Shown here: positions 60,828 through 64,000 of the stretch, in pieces
Numbering within the stretch: position 1 is the stretch's first letter
Layout of the letters: each line of letters opens with the position of its first letter
Source of the DNA: Candidatus Palauibacter polyketidifaciens
GTDB lineage: Bacteria > Gemmatimonadota > Gemmatimonadetes > Palauibacterales > Palauibacteraceae
NCBI RefSeq assembly: GCF_947581785.1
Contig: NZ_CANPVO010000006.1
Location: 37,326 to 101,325 of the forward strand
DNA: 64,000 nt
Reading direction: 5' to 3'
Translations under genes and position numbers: made by a program
Notes under the pieces: generated by a model
Database searches by the model: none
What the model was told of the DNA's origin: nothing
The model's input: the letters and a program-made list of their open reading frames with translations, nothing else

Positions 60828-63800
60828 CTAGTTGATCGTGTAGGTCATGCCAACCTTGATCCGCCGTCCCTTGGGATCGTGCGTGAAGCCATCGTACGAG
60901 GTCTCCCAGTTGACGAGGGGAGGAGGCGTTCCCAGCAGGTTGAACCCCGTAACGAACCCGTCGATGCTGTCGTTGACCTTCAACATCAATGTCGCGTCCA
61001 GCGTGCCGAAGGAATCGATCACGCGATGGTTCTCGTCCGCGGAGTCCGGATCGTCGTAGGAGGAGATGTAGTAATAGGCTCCGATCGCCGAGAGACGCTC
61101 CGTGTGGAACCCCACGGAAGCTGTCCACTTCCACTGCGGAAGAGGCCACGCGATGGGGTTGTTCCGGTTGAGAAGCCCGGCCCCGCTGGTCGCGGCCTGC
61201 AGCTCCACGCCTCCTCGCGTGAGCGCCAGGATGTCGTACTTGTGGGTGTAGGTGCCGTCGATCCCGAATGACATCTCGGCACTCCCCACCGGCTGGCGCG
61301 TCGACACGCTCCAGTCGAGGCCGGAGGTCTTCATGCCCGGCCAGTTCACGAGGTCGATCCGAATACGTTCGATGAAAGCCGCGTCGCACGTTCCCGTCCC
61401 CCAGCCGTCCGGACACCTGATGAACTCCTTCACGGCCTCCCGGCTGGCGCCGCCTTCGTCGTAGAGCCTCGTGACGGCCGTATAGGGAACGACGTTGATG
61501 ATGTCCTTGAAGTCGTACGTCCAGTAGTCGAACGTCGCCTGCGTACGACTCGGGAAATGGAAGAGGACGAGGCCCACGTTGCCCGTGGTGGCCCGTTCCG
61601 GCACCAGATCCTCGCTCCCGTACGTATCCACCGCCTTGTAGACATCCGTCTCCCACACATACTCGAGGGCCGTAATCTTGTCCGTGTTGACATCGTCGAC
61701 GGACGGGACGCGGAACGTGGATTGCAGGGATGCCCGCGCCGAGAGCTGGTAGTCGTCGGAGTCCACCAACCGGACGGCCAGGGCCGCCTTCGGGTCGAAG
61801 CTGCTGGCAACATCGTGGAACTCATAGTTGGCGGCGAACTGAAGATCCACCCGGTCGCCCAGGTTTATCGGCAACTCACCGTAGAACCGATGGACCGTCT
61901 GTGAACTCGCGTACGGGAAGTACCCGGTCGTGAACGTAAACGGCCCCGCCTGGTCGAGGCAGCTCCGGTCGCCCGGCACCTGGCAGGGGGTGAGACGCTG
62001 GTTCCCCGGGTCGTTGGGTTGGCCCGACACATCGAACCAGCGGAACTGATACCCGACCGCGTAGCCGATCGCGTCGTTCAGCGAGTTGGTGAACGTAGCC
62101 TCGGCCGTGAGAAGCTCGGCGGTACTGAAGAGGTCGACCTCCTCGTTGATCCAGTCGATCATCGCGGGCGAGTTCGCGACCGAGGGGTCGTAACCCGGAT
62201 TGTCCGCGTTGGTGTACGTCGTGCCCGGCTGCTGCGCGCGAAGGATCGCATTGCTGAACGGATTGTAGAACATGCAGTTGCCCTGGCCCGCCACGGCGCC
62301 GCCGGTGTCTCCGAGTCTCATCCCGGCTGCCGACGTGGGGTCGACGACTACGCCGACTCCGCAGTCCGGTCCCCCGAAGCCGCGAAAAGCCAGATATTTG
62401 CGGTAGGCGTACTCCGCAGGCTGGTTCACGTTGCCCGCCGCCCGAGAGTAGCCGATGGCCACGTCCACCTCGCCCGTCGCGCCAATGTGGTGATCCAGCG
62501 AAGCCGCGATCCTCTGCGTACGCGACTCCCGCCTCAGCGTTCGGCCGGGACCGCTGTTGCCCACCAGGCGTCCGAAGAAGAACCAGTCGTCCTCGAGGCA
62601 CGCCGCCTGCGAGGCAAAACCGGCCGCGGCCGCATTCGAGCTGCAGAACGCCTGCCTGCCCGGATTCTCGGGCATGACCACCTGAAGCCCGTCGTATAGC
62701 GACGTCGGCGGGAAGGAGGGGGTCGTGTACCAGTCAGGGATGGCGGCCTCCGACCACAGCCCCTCGACGTGCACCATGGTGTTTTCGCCCAACTCGCTGT
62801 TCAACTCGCCGAACACCCGGGCGTGCCACTGGTTCTCGATCAGGTTGTCCCACGGCCCGTATCGGAACCGGCAGGTGACGCCGGCATTCGTTCCGCCCAG
62901 ACCCTCGCAGCCCGGGTCCACGAACAGACGCGCATCGCCCTGGCTGTCCCCGTAGTGGGAGCGGATCAGCGCGCTGATGAATTCGCCGGGAGTCTCGGTC
63001 CCGGTGAGTGTCGGCCGCAGAAAGGCCCCGGGGTTCCCGTAGTAGGACCAGCCGCCGCCGCCCGGCCCGGGATACGGGCGCAGCACCCAGTCGCGCTCCT
63101 CGGCTTCCAGCTGCCGGCGCATGGCCCAATCGGCCGAAAGGACGGCAGTTGTTCCGTCGCCCAGACTCGTGCCCCAGATGGCGCCTATGTTCGTGTCGCC
63201 GGCACCGCTGAAGTAGTCATGCGAGGCGGACAACTCGAATCCCTGAAAGTCTCTTCGTGTCACAAAGTTGGCCACGCCGGCTACGGCGTCGGAGCCGTAA
63301 ATGGCCGAGGCGCCCTCCTTCAGGACTTCGATACGGTCGAGCGCGATGGCGGGAAAGGCGTTGATGTCCACGAACCGGCCGCCGGGAAGTCTGGCCGGGG
63401 TGTACACCTGGCGGCGACCGTTCAACAGCGTCAACGTTCGCGAGGCGCCCAGGCCTCGCAGATTGACGTTGGTCGCGGTCTCCGGAACGAGCGTCCCGCT
63501 CTGGTTGTACCAGCCGTTGCGCTCGCCGATCGTGCCGTGGGCGGCACCCAGTTTCTTGAAGAAGTCCACTGCTTGCGGCGCGCCCTTCTCGCGCAGCGAC
63601 TCTCGGTCGGTCACGTCGACCGCGTACGGCAGATTCTCCGGCGGCGCCGAGAAGTGCGACCCGGTCACCACGGCCGTCAGCTCCTCCAACGCGATGGTTC
63701 GCTGGGAGGCCATCTGCATGTCGACGTTCGTGCGCTCCCCGGCCTGAACGACCACGCCCGAACTCACTCCCTCGACGAAGCCGGGAAGGGTGAAGCGCAG

Positions 63801-64000
63801 CGAATAGGTACCCGCGGGGAGGCCGGTGATCGTGTACACGCCCTGCGCGGACGTCATCGCGGTGCGCGACTCGTCGCCGAGAGGCGCCCCCGTCGCCGTG
63901 ACCGTCACGGTGGGCATCGCGAGGCCCTCCTCGTTAATCACGGTTCCGGTGATGGCTCCGTCCTGCGCGAGGACGGCCGTCGGAAATACAAGCGCAAGAG
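60828..64000 (-). CDS. TonB-dependent receptor with N-terminal carboxypeptidase-regulatory-like domain (5' end just beyond the window)
   Basis: The frame stays open upstream of the track's GTG to the window edge (...LALVFPTAVLAQDGAITGTVINEEG), which is the end of a signal peptide. The plug region reads IEVLKGASAIYGSDAVAGVANFVT. A long beta-barrel follows. Confidence 0.85.
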   Translation of the reverse strand, partial: LALVFPTAVLAQDGAITGTVINEEGLAMPTVTVTATGAPLGDESRTAMTSAQGVYTITGLPAGTYSLRFTLPGFVEGVSSGVVVQAGERTNVDMQMASQRTIALEELTAVVTGSHFSAPPENLPYAVDVTDRESLREKGAPQAVDFFKKLGAAHGTIGERNGWYNQSGTLVPETATNVNLRGLGASRTLTLLNGRRQVYTPARLPGGRFVDINAFPAIALDRIEVLKEGASAIYGSDAVAGVANFVTRRDFQGFELSASHDYFSGAGDTNIGAIWGTSLGDGTTAVLSADWAMRRQLEAEERDWVLRPYPGPGGGGWSYYGNPGAFLRPTLTGTETPGEFISALIRSHYGDSQGDARLFVDPGCEGLGGTNAGVTCRFRYGPWDNLIENQWHARVFGELNSELGENTMVHVEGLWSEAAIPDWYTTPSFPPTSLYDGLQVVMPENPGRQAFCSSNAAAAGFASQAACLEDDWFFFGRLVGNSGPGRTLRRESRTQRIAASLDHHIGATGEVDVAIGYSRAAGNVNQPAEYAYRKYLAFRGFGGPDCGVGVVVDPTSAAGMRLGDTGGAVAGQGNCMFYNPFSNAILRAQQPGTTYTNADNPGYDPSVANSPAMIDWINEEVDLFSTAELLTAEATFTNSLNDAIGYAVGYQFRWFDVSGQPNDPGNQRLTPCQVPGDRSCLDQAGPFTFTTGYFPYASSQTVHRFYGELPINLGDRVDLQFAANYEFHDVASSFDPKAALAVRLVDSDDYQLSARASLQSTFRVPSVDDVNTDKITALEYVWETDVYKAVDTYGSEDLVPERATTGNVGLVLFHFPSRTQATFDYWTYDFKDIINVVPYTAVTRLYDEGGASREAVKEFIRCPDGWGTGTCDAAFIERIRIDLVNWPGMKTSGLDWSVSTRQPVGSAEMSFGIDGTYTHKYDILALTRGGVELQAATSGAGLLNRNNPIAWPLPQWKWTASVGFHTERLSAIGAYYYISSYDDPDSADENHRVIDSFGTLDATLMLKVNDSIDGFVTGFNLLGTPPPLVNWETSYDGFTHDPKGRRIKVGMTYTIN

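Noticed and set aside
1-64000. Scan for rRNA, tRNA, CRISPR arrays, transposases, integrases or long direct/inverted repeats
   Set aside because: None recognised by eye. The intergenic regions are short, and the only periodic repeat found is the 12-bp array at 35952-35995. A covariance-model or repeat-finder run would be needed to be certain.

Overview
Very GC-rich bacterial chromosomal window. My hand counts of scattered 60-nt stretches give about 75-80% GC in most genes. Omp85-, TolC-, Skp- and TonB-receptor-type genes indicate a diderm organism; the taxon cannot be fixed from sequence alone. Coding density is high. About 50 genes can be supported. Most other long ORFs in the six-frame track are Arg/Pro/Gly/Ala-rich shadow ORFs, typical of high-GC DNA, and I reject them.

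Most content is housekeeping or accessory metabolism:
- three molybdenum-hydroxylase subunit loci
- PriA, a sigma-70 factor, TatA, QueF, TrpF
- peptidases and several transporters
- a LysW-type amino-group-carrier cluster (lysW-X-Y-Z-J); its 54-aa carrier gene is missing from the ORF track

The most interesting region is 37.6-46.3 kb. It holds an operon-like run of an RND adaptor, an RND pump, a GPP34(GOLPH3)-cytochrome P450 fusion and an ERG6-type sterol C-24 methyltransferase. A Neverland/KshA-like Rieske oxygenase converges on it. My spot counts in the RND, P450 and methyltransferase genes are 55-63% GC; one count in the adaptor gene was 75%. I read this as a candidate, probably horizontally acquired, sterol/triterpenoid tailoring and export module. 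No cyclase or epoxidase is in the window.

Other points worth a second look:
- a low-GC Fic islet with 12-bp tandem repeats at its start
- an AbiEii toxin remnant
- an HD / radical-SAM / metallophosphoesterase trio
- queF translationally coupled to two transporters
- at least two genes whose conserved N-termini can only be reached from CTG start codons

I saw no rRNA, tRNA, CRISPR array or transposase.
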